From: Gemmatimonadota bacterium
GTDB lineage: Bacteria; Gemmatimonadota; Gemmatimonadetes; Gemmatimonadales; GWC2-71-9
Length of the DNA stretch: 64,000 nt
Assembly (NCBI GenBank): GCA_046726475.1
Contig: JBKPAO010000050.1
Coordinates: 103-64,102 of the forward strand
Reading direction: 5' to 3'
In this document: one piece after another, positions 27,413 through 37,258 of the stretch
Numbering within the stretch: the stretch's first letter is position 1
Layout: each line of letters starts with the position of its first letter
Made by a program: the position numbers and the translations under genes
The notes under the pieces: generated by a model
What the model was told of the DNA's origin: nothing
The model's input: only the letters and a program-made list of their open reading frames with translations
Databases searched by the model: none

Positions 27413-27841
27413 TTAAACAGGGGCAGGGCAGAACCTGTCGAAAGCTGCCGTAAGGTCGGCGGCGATCGATTGAGGTGAGCGTCCCTCGATCTGATGCCGG
27501 TGAACAAAGTGAACTACCTCGCCATCTCGGAGCAGGGCCATCGACGGACTGCTCGGCTGATATTCCCCGAAGTACTGCCGCGCTCGTGCGGCAGCCTCGA
27601 GGTCTTGGCCGGCAAATACCGTTACGACCTGCTGTGGTACCACAGAATGCTTGAGCGCGAGGGCGAGAGCGGGACGTGCATTGCCCGCCGCGCAACCACA
27701 CACAGAATTGACAAAAACCAACATGGATCCCCTCTGGTCTCCCAGGGCGGCGTCAACCTCGGCGGCGTTCGTAAGCTCCTTCACGCCCAGTCGAGTGACC
27801 TCGGCCCGCATGGGAGCCACCAGGGCAGGATTGTATGGCAT
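27413..27841 (-). CDS. Bacilliredoxin BrxA/BrxB family (YphP/YqiW, DUF1094)
   Basis: Family-typical MPYNP...VAPMR N-terminus and the active-site SVCGCAAG (CGC) motif. Confidence 0.8.
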   Translation of the reverse strand: MPYNPALVAPMRAEVTRLGVKELTNAAEVDAALGDQRGSMLVFVNSVCGCAAGNARPALALALKHSVVPQQVVTVFAGQDLEAAARARQYFGEYQPSSPSMALLRDGEVVHFVHRHQIEGRSPQSIAADLTAAFDRFCPAPV

Positions 27842-27931
27842 TCGGGAAATATCCTCACAGTTTAGTCAATGCTAACAGAAGATCAGTGATTTCACCTAAG
27901 ATGAGTTGTTGCCAGCAGCTCGTCGTGCGCG

Positions 27932-28384
27932 CTATTCTGTCGAGACAACCGCATCCGGCTGTTCCAAAGCCGCTTTCAAGGCGTGCCAGGACAGGCTGGC
28001 GCATTTGATCCTGATGGGGTAGTCCGATACGCCTTTGAACGCGACCAGCTTTCCCAGGGCATCGGCCTCAGACGGAGGTAGTGACCCGGTCACCAAGCGG
28101 TGAAAGCTCGCGAAGAGAGCCTCCGCCTCGCTCCGAGTCTTGCCCTTCACGGCAGCAGTCATCAGTGAAGCGGATGCTCTCGAGATGGCGCACCCCGATC
28201 CTTCGAACGACACGTCCTGGATTTTGTCGTCGTCAACCAAAAGCCAGACTGTCAGGCGATCGCCACAGAGCGGATTATTCCCCTCGGCCCGGCGATTTGC
28301 GTTCTCCATGATCCGAAAGTTCCGGGGTTTCCGGTTGTGATCCAGGATCAGGTCCTGGTACAAGGAGTCTAGAGTTGCCATCAA
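27932..28384 (-). CDS. sufU: SUF system NifU-type Fe-S scaffold / sulfur-transfer protein SufU
   Basis: [21 protein letters not shown] and GSGCAIS cysteine motifs. Confidence 0.85.
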   Translation of the reverse strand: MMATLDSLYQDLILDHNRKPRNFRIMENANRRAEGNNPLCGDRLTVWLLVDDDKIQDVSFEGSGCAISRASASLMTAAVKGKTRSEAEALFASFHRLVTGSLPPSEADALGKLVAFKGVSDYPIRIKCASLSWHALKAALEQPDAVVSTE

Positions 28385-29661
28385 GTCAACATTTTCATGA
28401 CACGGCCCAGCGCGACAGCCACTGAATCGATCTCGCTAATGGTGTTATAGAAAGCGAACGAGATTCTGGCCGTACCTGGAATCCCGAAATGCTGCATGAC
28501 GGGCTGAGCGCAATGGTGACCAGCACGTATCGCTATGCCTTCGTCGTCGAGTATGGTCCCGACGTCGTGGGGATGCACACCATCCATCACAAATCCAAGA
28601 ACACTCGCCTTCTCTCGGGCGGTTCCGATGAATCGGAGACCCGGTATGCCACGAAGGCGCTCTGTCGCGGTACTGAGCAGTTGGTGCTCCCATTCTGCGA
28701 TGTGGTGCTGGCCGATCCCTGACACATAGTCGAGTGCCGCGCCCAGACCGATCACCTCGGCGATCATTGGCGTGCCGGCTTCGAACTTGGCCGGTACCGG
28801 GGCCCAAGTGGAGCGCTCCAATGTCACCGTTGCGATCATGTCCCCACCGCCCTGAGAGGGCGGCATGCGATCGAGAAGCGGTGCCTTGCCGAACAAGACG
28901 CCGACCCCGGTGGGGCCGTAGACCTTGTGGCCGGAGAAGGCAAAGAAGTCGCAGTCGAGATCCTGGACATCGACTCCGAGATGAGGGGCCGACTGCGCGC
29001 CGTCAACCAGTACCGGAACGCCTCTCTCGTGAGCGGCCGCAATCATCTTCTTCACTGGATTGATGGTTCCAAGCGCGTTTGATAGGTGGACGATCGACAA
29101 CAGACGCGTGCGCTCTCCCAACAAGGCTTCGAAGGAGGCAAGATCGAGCTCCCCAGAATCGGTGATGGGGACAGCCTTGAGCACAGCGCCGGTTTGCTCG
29201 GCGACCAGCTGCCACGGGACGATATTGGAGTGATGCTCCATACCAGTGATGAGGATTTCATCGCCGGCTCGCAGGAAACTCCGTCCATAGCTCTGGGCAA
29301 CCAGATTGATGCTATCGGTTGTGCCGCGGGTAAAAATCACCTCGCTAGGCGATCTGGCATTTAGGAAGCGGGCGGTCTTCTCCCGAACAGCGTCATATGC
29401 CGCGGTGGCCTGCTCGCTCAGACGGTGGACACCACGGTGGATGTTGGCGTTCTGGGATGAGTAGAACCGGGAAACAGCGTCGATCACCACCTGGGGCTTC
29501 TGGGCAGTGGCGGCGTTATCTAGGTAGATCAGGGGCTTGCCATTGACCCGCTGGCGGAGAATCGGGAAGTCTTCGCGAATGCGCTCGACGTCGAAATGAC
29601 CCGTACTCTTCCGAGGCCGGGCCGGCTTCAGGATGTCGACCGGGGAAGAGGTCGGACTCAT
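28381..29661 (-). CDS. sufS: Cysteine desulfurase SufS (class II)
   Basis: PLP site [13 protein letters not shown] and active-site RAGHHCAQP. Confidence 0.9.
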   Translation of the reverse strand: MSPTSSPVDILKPARPRKSTGHFDVERIREDFPILRQRVNGKPLIYLDNAATAQKPQVVIDAVSRFYSSQNANIHRGVHRLSEQATAAYDAVREKTARFLNARSPSEVIFTRGTTDSINLVAQSYGRSFLRAGDEILITGMEHHSNIVPWQLVAEQTGAVLKAVPITDSGELDLASFEALLGERTRLLSIVHLSNALGTINPVKKMIAAAHERGVPVLVDGAQSAPHLGVDVQDLDCDFFAFSGHKVYGPTGVGVLFGKAPLLDRMPPSQGGGDMIATVTLERSTWAPVPAKFEAGTPMIAEVIGLGAALDYVSGIGQHHIAEWEHQLLSTATERLRGIPGLRFIGTAREKASVLGFVMDGVHPHDVGTILDDEGIAIRAGHHCAQPVMQHFGIPGTARISFAFYNTISEIDSVAVALGRVMKMLT

Positions 29662-30962
29662 TGCGCCCCCAGTCGCTCCTTTATGAGCCGCTCGAGCTCC
29701 CGGCGCACCGGCTCAAGCGTCACCTCACCGATCACCTCGGCGGCGAAAGCATAGGTGAGCAGTCGCTGGGCTTCTTCGGCCGGAACCCCGCGGCTCCGGG
29801 CATAGAAGAGCGCGATATCGTCAAGCCGCCCGACGGTGGCGCCGTGGGTGCACTTGACGTCGTCGGCAAAGATTTCCAGCTGAGGCTTTGTGTCTACCCT
29901 GGCCCCATCGCTCAGCAACAGGTTTCGGTTCGTCTGCTTCGCGTCGGTCTTCTGGGCTTCGGGTTTGACGAATACTTTGCCGTTGAAGACCGCCCTGGAG
30001 CGATCGTCGAGGATCCCCTTGTATACCTCCCAGCTGCGGCAGTTGGGCTGGTCGTGATGGATGGCGGTGTGGTTGTCGACGAGCTGATCGCTGTGGGTGA
30101 GATAAAGGCCATACAGCAGCGTCTCAACGTTCTCGTCGTTCAGGCGGGCCTGCAGATTATGCCGGGCAAGCGCGCCTCCCATCGAGAGTGAAAACGAGCG
30201 GTAGTGGCTATCGCGCTGCTGATCCACGTAGGTCCCACCAACGTGGTATGCTCGCTCGCTCTCCCTCTGGATCCGAGTATGCTCCGCCCAGCAGTTGGCA
30301 TCCACTACGACCTCGGTCACCGGGTTGGTCCAATAGTTCCCAGCCGAGCCAGTTGTGACATAGCTCTCGATGAACGAGGCGCGTGCGCCGCGCTCGACCA
30401 GGAGAAGGTTCCTGGGGTGAATGGCACACCCGGCGGCTGCGTCAGTCGACACGAAGATCAAATGGAACGGCTGCTCCAGCTCGGTGTTCGCCGGCACCTC
30501 GATGAACCCACCATCCTGAAAAACGGCCGTGTTCAACGCAGTGAACGGGCTGGACTCCAAGCCGGCGCGGCGCCCAAGCTCGCGTTTCAGGCTCGGGATC
30601 CCCTCGCGTAAAGCCTGAGCTAGGCTGCCAACTCGTAACCCATGGTGACTCGGCGGAAGCGAGCTCAGCTCCTGCCGGTAGATGCCGTTGACGATGACCA
30701 GTCTGGTCCACTCCGGGTGACCAAAGAGGTAGGGCTGCAGCTCATCCAGGCTCATCGGCGCCGAGGCAGGCGCCTCGCGCCAGGACGTCTTCGCGATCGG
30801 AGCTACCGGGGTAAAGCGCCACTCTTCATCCCGGGAAGTGGGGAATCCAACGGCAGCAAACCGGTCGGCAGCCCTGCGACGGAGAGTTTCGAGCCACTCT
30901 GGTGTGTCCGCCATGATTGTGGCGCTGAGGGTTTCGAGTTCGCCCTGGTACACTTGGGTCAC
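29658..30962 (-). CDS. sufD: Fe-S cluster assembly protein SufD
   Basis: C-terminal SufD block [19 protein letters not shown]. The start is uncertain: GTG at 30962 (GTGA overlap with the sufC stop), ATG at 30914, or the track ATG at 30989. Confidence 0.85.
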   Translation of the reverse strand: MTQVYQGELETLSATIMADTPEWLETLRRRAADRFAAVGFPTSRDEEWRFTPVAPIAKTSWREAPASAPMSLDELQPYLFGHPEWTRLVIVNGIYRQELSSLPPSHHGLRVGSLAQALREGIPSLKRELGRRAGLESSPFTALNTAVFQDGGFIEVPANTELEQPFHLIFVSTDAAAGCAIHPRNLLLVERGARASFIESYVTTGSAGNYWTNPVTEVVVDANCWAEHTRIQRESERAYHVGGTYVDQQRDSHYRSFSLSMGGALARHNLQARLNDENVETLLYGLYLTHSDQLVDNHTAIHHDQPNCRSWEVYKGILDDRSRAVFNGKVFVKPEAQKTDAKQTNRNLLLSDGARVDTKPQLEIFADDVKCTHGATVGRLDDIALFYARSRGVPAEEAQRLLTYAFAAEVIGEVTLEPVRRELERLIKERLGAQ

Positions 30963-31714
30963 GACGTCGCTACCTCTTCCTCGAGCCACTCATAGCCACG
31001 CTCTTCGAGCTCGAATGCGAGCTCCTTTCCGCCGGACTTTACGATCCTGCCGGCGGACAGCACGTGGACCCGATCGGGCACGATGTAGTTTAGGAGGCGC
31101 TGATAGTGGGTGACGATGATCGTGGCCCTGTCCGGGCGGCGTAAGGCATTCACCCCGCCGGCGACGATTCTCAGGGCATCGATGTCCAGGCCGGAGTCAG
31201 TCTCGTCCAGAATTGCCAGCTTGGGTTCCAGCACTGCCATCTGGAGAATTTCATTGCGCTTCTTCTCGCCTCCGGAGAACCCTGAGTTGACCGCGCGACT
31301 CATGATTTCGGGCCCCCATTCGACGACTTGAAGCTTCTCTTCGAGCAGATCGATGAAGTCTATAGAATCGACCTCATCAAGTCCCCGAGCCTTCCGGATC
31401 TCGTTGTAAGCAGCCCTGAGAAAGTAGGCGTTGCTGATACCGGGAATCTCGACTGGATACTGAAACGCGAGGAACACGCCGGCCTGAGCCCGCTCCTCGG
31501 GCTCCATGTCCAGCAGGTCCCGACCCTCATACAGCACTTCTCCCTCGGTCACCTTGTATGCCGGGTGTCCAGCGATGACCTGGGCGAGGGTACTTTTTCC
31601 CGAGCCGTTCGGCCCCATCACGGCGTGCACCTCACCGGCATTGACCTTGAGATCGATCCCACGGAGGATCTCCGTCTCTCCCGCGCTCGCCCTGAGTCCT
31701 TTGATTGCCAGCAA
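30959..31714 (-). CDS. sufC: Fe-S cluster assembly ATPase SufC
   Basis: Walker A GPNGSGKST, signature FSGGEKKR, and Walker B ILDETDSGLD. A TTG start (MLAIKGL) follows a GGAAGG RBS. The longer track ORF is an upstream read-through. Confidence 0.9.
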   Translation of the reverse strand: MLAIKGLRASAGETEILRGIDLKVNAGEVHAVMGPNGSGKSTLAQVIAGHPAYKVTEGEVLYEGRDLLDMEPEERAQAGVFLAFQYPVEIPGISNAYFLRAAYNEIRKARGLDEVDSIDFIDLLEEKLQVVEWGPEIMSRAVNSGFSGGEKKRNEILQMAVLEPKLAILDETDSGLDIDALRIVAGGVNALRRPDRATIIVTHYQRLLNYIVPDRVHVLSAGRIVKSGGKELAFELEERGYEWLEEEVATS

Positions 31715-31737
31715 CCTGTACCTTCCGATCCTTGTGG

Positions 31738-33177
31738 TTAGCCTACGCTGCCTTCGAGGCTCACGCCTAAGAGCTTCTGCGCCTCGACGGCGAACTCCAT
31801 TGGCAGTTCCTTGAAGACTTCCTTGCAGAATCCGTTCACGATCATGGATATCGCGTTCTCGGTGTTCAGCCCGCGCTGCTTCAAATAGAAGATCTGGTCC
31901 TCCCCGATCTTCGAGGTTGAAGCTTCGTGCTCGACGGCGGCGGTGGCGTTCTGCACCTCGATGTACGGAAAAGTGTGAGCCCCACAACGATTGCCGATGA
32001 GCATCGAGTCGCACTGGGTGTAGTTCCGGGCTCCGGCGGCCTTCGGCAGAACCTTGACCAGACCGCGATAACTGTTTTGTCCATGACCCGCAGAAATCCC
32101 CTTCGAGACGATAGTGCTCCGGGTGTTCTTGCCCATGTGTATCATCTTGGTACCGGTGTCCGCCTGCTGTTTACCGTTCACCACCGCTACCGAATAGAAC
32201 TCCCCCACGGAGTTATCGCCCTGCAGGATCACGCTGGGGTACTTCCAGGTGATCGCCGACCCTGTCTCCACTTGGGTCCAGGAAATTTTCGAGTTGGCGC
32301 CAGCGCACTTTCCGCGCTTGGTGACGAAGTTGTAAATGCCGCCCCGTCCTTCCGCGTCTCCCGCATACCAGTTCTGAACCGTCGAGTATTTGATGGATGC
32401 CCCTTCCAGGGCCACCAGCTCGACCACCGCGGCATGGAGTTGATTCTCATCCCGGCGCGGGGCGGTGCAGCCCTCCAGGTAGCTAACCGACGCGCCCTCT
32501 TCTGCAACGATGAGTGTTCTCTCGAACTGGCCTGTCTCAGCGGCGTTGATGCGGAAGTAGGTCGACAGGTCCATGGGGCAGCGGACTCCCTTGGGAACGA
32601 AGACGAACGATCCGTCGCTGAATACGGCTGCGTTCAGCGCCGCAAAGAAGTTGTCGCTCAAGGGGACCACTGAGCCGAGGTATTTCCGCACAAGCTCGGG
32701 ATGTTCCCTTACCGCCTCGCCAAACGAGCAAAAGATGATTCCCATCTCGCCCAGTTTGGCCTTATAGGTCGTGCCAACCGAAACGCTGTCGAAGATGGCG
32801 TCTACGGCGACTCCGGCCAGGAGCTTTTGCTCGGAGAGCGGAATACCCAGCTTCTGATAGGTCTCCAGGAGCTTGGGATCGACGTCGTCGAGGCTTCCCA
32901 AAGGCGCTTTCGTCATGGGGGCCGCGTAGTACCGCAGCGCCTGGTAGTCTACCGGGTTGTACTTGATATTCGGCCAGTTATGCGGCTCGACCATCTTGAG
33001 CCAACCGCGATACGCCTTCAGCCGCCATTCCAGAAGCCACTCGGGCTCACCCTTCTTGGCGGAGATCATGCGGATAATGTCTTCGCTTAGGCCACGCGGG
33101 GCGATGTCAGACTCGATGTCAGTGACAAACCCGTACTTGTATTCTTTGTTAACCAGTGTCTCGACTGACGAACTCAT
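31738..33177 (-). CDS. sufB: Fe-S cluster assembly protein SufB
   Basis: Full-length SufB similarity (479 aa; ...[21 protein letters not shown]...). Confidence 0.95.
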   Translation of the reverse strand: MSSSVETLVNKEYKYGFVTDIESDIAPRGLSEDIIRMISAKKGEPEWLLEWRLKAYRGWLKMVEPHNWPNIKYNPVDYQALRYYAAPMTKAPLGSLDDVDPKLLETYQKLGIPLSEQKLLAGVAVDAIFDSVSVGTTYKAKLGEMGIIFCSFGEAVREHPELVRKYLGSVVPLSDNFFAALNAAVFSDGSFVFVPKGVRCPMDLSTYFRINAAETGQFERTLIVAEEGASVSYLEGCTAPRRDENQLHAAVVELVALEGASIKYSTVQNWYAGDAEGRGGIYNFVTKRGKCAGANSKISWTQVETGSAITWKYPSVILQGDNSVGEFYSVAVVNGKQQADTGTKMIHMGKNTRSTIVSKGISAGHGQNSYRGLVKVLPKAAGARNYTQCDSMLIGNRCGAHTFPYIEVQNATAAVEHEASTSKIGEDQIFYLKQRGLNTENAISMIVNGFCKEVFKELPMEFAVEAQKLLGVSLEGSVG

Positions 33178-33878
33178 ATCGTCTCCTCTGCCCGGCTTGT
33201 CGCATCCGACGGTTTGAACCGGACCCGGTATTCACAGGCGCTGCACCCGGCCAGAATGTGGTGTTCACGGTGGACTTCACCACCCAGGACAGCTGCCAAA
33301 AATTTTGCTTCGGCCGCGCAGATTTCGGGAAAGCGCTCTGCAACAGTCTGAACAGCACAGTTGTGCTCAGTCAGCGTTCCGCCGTCAGCGGCGGCCGAGC
33401 TCGCCTCCGCCATGTAGCCATCGTCTGAGAGCAAGCGGGCCATCGCTATCAGTTTTTGAGCCGAGTCAGCGCCGCTGAGCTCTTGCCGCAGCTGCTCGGT
33501 CAGCCTTTCGTAGCGGGCCTCGAGAAGCGAGACGGCCGCGTCGCGGCCTTGCCGCTCGACTACGTGGTCCAAAACCTCAGTCAAAAAGGCTTCGTACCGG
33601 TGGGGGAAGAGTGCATGTCCCCGGCTCGTCAAACGATAAGCGAACGGCGGCGCTCCTACTCCCCGATGCTGGCGCTCATAGGCTATCACGCGTTCAGCTT
33701 CCAGCTCTTTGATATGGTGGCGCACCGCGTTGAGAGAAACACCGGCCCGGGTGGCAAGTTCTTTAGCGGTCAGTCCTTGAGACTTCTTGAGTTCCAGCAA
33801 AATTGTGCCCCGCAAACCTCCATAACCCGGCGGAAGGCTGGGAGCTGTGCTGGCGGCAAGGGGGAGAGGTATCGGCAT
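33174..33878 (-). CDS. SufR-like winged-helix transcriptional regulator with a C-terminal Cys cluster
   Basis: N-terminal wHTH ([25 protein letters not shown]) and C-terminal cysteines (HNC...EIC...GCSAC). It is the first gene of the suf operon and overlaps the sufB start by 4 nt. Confidence 0.6.
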   Translation of the reverse strand: MPIPLPLAASTAPSLPPGYGGLRGTILLELKKSQGLTAKELATRAGVSLNAVRHHIKELEAERVIAYERQHRGVGAPPFAYRLTSRGHALFPHRYEAFLTEVLDHVVERQGRDAAVSLLEARYERLTEQLRQELSGADSAQKLIAMARLLSDDGYMAEASSAAADGGTLTEHNCAVQTVAERFPEICAAEAKFLAAVLGGEVHREHHILAGCSACEYRVRFKPSDATSRAEETI

Positions 33879-34018
33879 CTGCGGAAATCATAAGTAAATA
33901 AGTCGGGATTGTCAATTCGTGCCACGACTTTGGTGTGAATAGATATTTCAATGGCCAGTAATGACTTACGGCTGGACTCGGCGGGTTAGACCCCTAGTAC
34001 CCCCATACGTCAATTAAT

Positions 34019-34037
34019 AGTAGTATTTGATACTACT
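34019..34037. promoter_or_regulatory. Perfect 8-3-8 palindrome AGTAGTAT-TTG-ATACTACT in the AT-rich sufR/def divergent region (candidate operator)
   Basis: Read directly. It lies about 140 nt upstream of the sufR start and about 100 nt upstream of the def start. Confidence 0.3.
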
Positions 34038-34135
34038 TCAACACTGGTTCAACATATCCTGGCCCGACTGGCCCCCGGACCGCATATTGGCCGTATTACG
34101 GATGATTGCTGCGTCTCGCCGGGAGGACGATCCAC

Positions 34136-34696
34136 ATGACGATTCATCGTATTCGTCTCTTGGGCGACCCCATCCTGAGGGCCCGGTGTGAGCCTATCAC
34201 CAAGCCGAGGTCTACCGCGGTCCGGGTCATTATGGACGACATGCGGGAGACCCTGCGTGACTGGCAGTCCCGTTTTGCTGGGGGTAGGGGAATCGCCGCG
34301 CCACAGATTGGGGCGCCGGTACGGATGGTGTATGTAGACATGGGCGAGCCCTGGCCGTTGATCAATCCCGAGATCGTCGACATCGGCAATGAGGACTTCG
34401 AGGTTTGGGACGACTGCTTCTCGTTCCCCAACCTGCTTGTCCGCGTATCCCGGGCGTACCGCATCAAGATCCGCTACCAAGACCTGAAGGGAGAGTGGTT
34501 GGAGTTAGAGGTTGAAGGGGATCGTGCCGAGCTACTGCAGCATGAGATCGATCATCTCGACGGCGTATTGGCGGTGGATCGGGCGCATGGCCTTGATCCA
34601 TTCTGCTTACGGGAGGAGTGGCATCGGCAGCACGGCATCAACGGTCGTTATGGTCCGCCGGAGCCCAGGGTGGCCAGCTACGCTACTCAGCTATAG
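34136..34696 (+). CDS. def: Peptide deformylase (variant motif 2)
   Basis: Motif 1 GRGIAAPQIG, motif 2 DDCFSFP (canonical is EGCLS), and motif 3 QHEIDHLDG. The ATG is preceded by a GGGAGG RBS. Confidence 0.85.
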   Translation: MTIHRIRLLGDPILRARCEPITKPRSTAVRVIMDDMRETLRDWQSRFAGGRGIAAPQIGAPVRMVYVDMGEPWPLINPEIVDIGNEDFEVWDDCFSFPNLLVRVSRAYRIKIRYQDLKGEWLELEVEGDRAELLQHEIDHLDGVLAVDRAHGLDPFCLREEWHRQHGINGRYGPPEPRVASYATQL

Positions 34697-34704
34697 CAGT
34701 TTCC

Positions 34705-36747
34705 TCAGAACCACTGCCCCAGTCTGACGAAGAACGCCGACCGACCGTCTTTCGCCACGCCGTACTCGAAGCGCACCGGACCAACCGGGGTATCCGCTCC
34801 GAATCCCGAGCGTCCGCCGAAGATCCATCCTGCGGTGCTTAGCGCCGATCCACCGGTTGCCGACCTGCCGGAGGCCACCTCCGCTCGAGCCACGAAGGGA
34901 CGCCGGATCGTATAAGTCAGAAGAACGCTCACCATCGCTTCGCGATCTCCTCGAAGCTCGCCGATGTGAAGACCCGGGAATCCCTCGTCGCCACCCAGAG
35001 GAAAGCTTGCCTGCAACGGCAGGTGCTCACCCCAGCCCCACCGGAAGGACGGACGAATCCGTAGTGCCCCGAGACCGATGGTGCACTCACCGTCAACGGC
35101 GGCCCGATGGTACAGACCGGTCCACTGAAAAGCAGCCTGGGCGAGACGGAACCCGGAAGGGCTCACCTTCATCAGGCCAGTGGTTACACCTAGGGTTGAG
35201 TGGTCCCCTGCCGGTTCGTGCCACGCTTCTCCCATGCCCCCGAGGGAGGCTTCCCAGCCATCAGGAAAGGCCCGTTCCACTCCCAAGAACATGGTCCCGT
35301 CCCTCGTATGGTCGGGATCCAGCTCATTTCCATCAGGATCGAAGCGTCGAATCGATTCCGTAGCCAGGCGTGCGGTGAGGGTAGGAGTCATCAGCTGGCG
35401 GCCAACTTGGTAGTTTCGCCGAAGCCCGATATAAAGCTCATTTCGAAGCTCTCCGAGAAACAGCGCCGCACTTCCCTCGAGCGCCAGGCCGAATGTTCGC
35501 CGCTCCACGCCCCCCACCCACATTCGCCCCCCCAGTTCGTTGTCGTAGGCCAGTCCGAGACCGGCGATACGTCTTGGACTTCGCCGGACCGACACGCTAA
35601 AGGACACCGAGTCTCCTCCTCCTCGGGGGGAGAGCCATACCGCCTGATACGCCTCTGCCTGGGCCAGGCCCCGTACCCTGCTGCGCAGCAGCGCCACGTC
35701 CAGACGATCATCCAAACCGAGGCCGAGCAGGCGTTCCAGCGAGAGCCGTTCCGACGAGTTGCGAGCGGCGATGGAAAAACCGCTTACCCGGGTTGGGAGT
35801 GGCTGCTTCGCCAGCGGCGCCCGCTTGGGAAGGCAAGGAGCGGCGGGAAGGGTTGACTCGGCTGCTTCTGCGCCGCGGCGAATGAGCGCATCGACACTGG
35901 CGGCGGAGAAGTTGAGTCCGGTAAACCCCTCGACGGCGGGACGCACCAGCACATCGCCGCGTCGAAGGGAGTCTGCCGGCTGTAGAAAGAGGAAGCCGAG
36001 GAGTCGATCGGCCAGGACGAGGGGTGAGTAGAGATCGAGCGAGTCATTCAGCCGCTCGGTCGCGTCGGACACGATCACTCGCTCCGCGCCGGCTGCACGT
36101 GCGATCGACACCGGGATGTTGGCGGCCAGCCCTCCGTCGGCCAGTACGCGTCCATCGAGCGACTCGGGGGCGAAGATGAGCGGTATGGCGAAGCTGGCTC
36201 GGACCGCGCGGGCGAGGTCGCCCGAACTCAGGACCACCGCGGTGCGATTTGCCAAGTCTGTCGCCACCGCACGGAACGGGATTGGTAGGGAGTCGAAGTG
36301 TCCTCGCGCGAGCAAATTGCCCCGGAGCATGGCGGCGTTGACCAGCGCGTTCACGTCGGGCTCTGCGACCGAAGCACTCTGGATGTTGAAGCGTCGCTCT
36401 CCCTGTTCCCATACAATGAGTGGCTGCAGCTGGCCGAGCGATCGCGGTGCACGGGGCTGATAAGTCCGAAACAGGTCGGCGATCTGGAGAGAACGGGCCA
36501 GGGAATCGATCTCCCGCCCCTGGTAGCCGCTGGCATACATGCCTCCAACGACGGCACCCATGCTACTACCGACGACTAGGTCGGGCCGGATGCCCAGACT
36601 GTCGAGTACCCGAAGTACCCCGATATGAGCCAAGCCTTTGGCCCCACCACCGGAGAGTACCAGGGCAGTACGCTGGGAACGACAGGTCTGGGCAGCGCCA
36701 GGCGAAGCCGCGAGCACGGCGGCTAACAGGACCAGCCATCGAGACAT
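34705..36747 (-). CDS. Patatin-like phospholipase fused to an Omp85/BamA-type beta-barrel (PlpD-like, type Vd architecture)
   Basis: Patatin motifs LSGGGAKG and GSSMG (the GxSxG serine). The C-terminal region is barrel-like and ends in ...VRLGQWF. The signal peptide is [20 protein letters not shown]. Confidence 0.8.
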   Translation of the reverse strand: MSRWLVLLAAVLAASPGAAQTCRSQRTALVLSGGGAKGLAHIGVLRVLDSLGIRPDLVVGSSMGAVVGGMYASGYQGREIDSLARSLQIADLFRTYQPRAPRSLGQLQPLIVWEQGERRFNIQSASVAEPDVNALVNAAMLRGNLLARGHFDSLPIPFRAVATDLANRTAVVLSSGDLARAVRASFAIPLIFAPESLDGRVLADGGLAANIPVSIARAAGAERVIVSDATERLNDSLDLYSPLVLADRLLGFLFLQPADSLRRGDVLVRPAVEGFTGLNFSAASVDALIRRGAEAAESTLPAAPCLPKRAPLAKQPLPTRVSGFSIAARNSSERLSLERLLGLGLDDRLDVALLRSRVRGLAQAEAYQAVWLSPRGGGDSVSFSVSVRRSPRRIAGLGLAYDNELGGRMWVGGVERRTFGLALEGSAALFLGELRNELYIGLRRNYQVGRQLMTPTLTARLATESIRRFDPDGNELDPDHTRDGTMFLGVERAFPDGWEASLGGMGEAWHEPAGDHSTLGVTTGLMKVSPSGFRLAQAAFQWTGLYHRAAVDGECTIGLGALRIRPSFRWGWGEHLPLQASFPLGGDEGFPGLHIGELRGDREAMVSVLLTYTIRRPFVARAEVASGRSATGGSALSTAGWIFGGRSGFGADTPVGPVRFEYGVAKDGRSAFFVRLGQWF

Positions 36748-36854
36748 GTGAGCGCAAGATAAGGCCGGACAAAACCCTTGCGCCGCTTCAGTCGACTTCG
36801 TATAACTTTGCCAGAGGTGCCGTGTCACACGGCTTCATTGGGAGGAAGAGCAGG

Positions 36855-37118
36855 ATGACTTATGTGATCGTCGAAACATGCATTGGGGTGAAGGACCGCG
36901 CCTGTGTAGATGTCTGTCCGGTGGACTGTATCTATGAGGGTGAGGACCAGCTTTACATCCATCCCGACGAATGCATCGACTGTGGTGCGTGCGAGCCCGA
37001 ATGTCCGGTAACCGCGATTTTCCCCGAGGAAGACGTCCCTCCGCAGTACGCGTCTTATATCGAGAAGAATAAGGAAGTGTTCAACAGCGACCATCCGCCA
37101 GGAAGACCGCAGAGATAA
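36855..37118 (+). CDS. fdxA: 7Fe-type ferredoxin ([3Fe-4S][4Fe-4S])
   Basis: [14 protein letters not shown] and [12 protein letters not shown] motifs, with a GGAGGA RBS. The longer track ORF is an upstream read-through. Confidence 0.85.
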   Translation: MTYVIVETCIGVKDRACVDVCPVDCIYEGEDQLYIHPDECIDCGACEPECPVTAIFPEEDVPPQYASYIEKNKEVFNSDHPPGRPQR

Positions 37119-37131
37119 AAAGAGAGGAGCC

Positions 37132-37162
37132 CCGGGATCGTACTGCTTGGCCGCGATCCCGG
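37132..37162. terminator. Hairpin between convergent fdxA and the thioesterase fusion (CCGGGATCG-13 nt-CGATCCCGG); no T-tract
   Basis: A 9-bp perfect stem read directly, 14 nt after the fdxA stop. Confidence 0.3.
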
Positions 37163-37258
37163 AGCCAATGTGTGGAAGGACAGCTTATAACAGCAGCGAC
37201 TCCGAAAGCCTCAGAGCACGCCACCAGAGATTAGAACGCACGACCCCCCCGAAAGGTT

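Noticed and set aside
34037-34053. A cyanobacterial-type SufR box (CAAC-N6-GTTG) in TTCAACACTGGTTCAAC.
   Set aside because: The sequence is a direct TTCAAC repeat and not the inverted CAAC/GTTG pair, so it does not match the published operator geometry.
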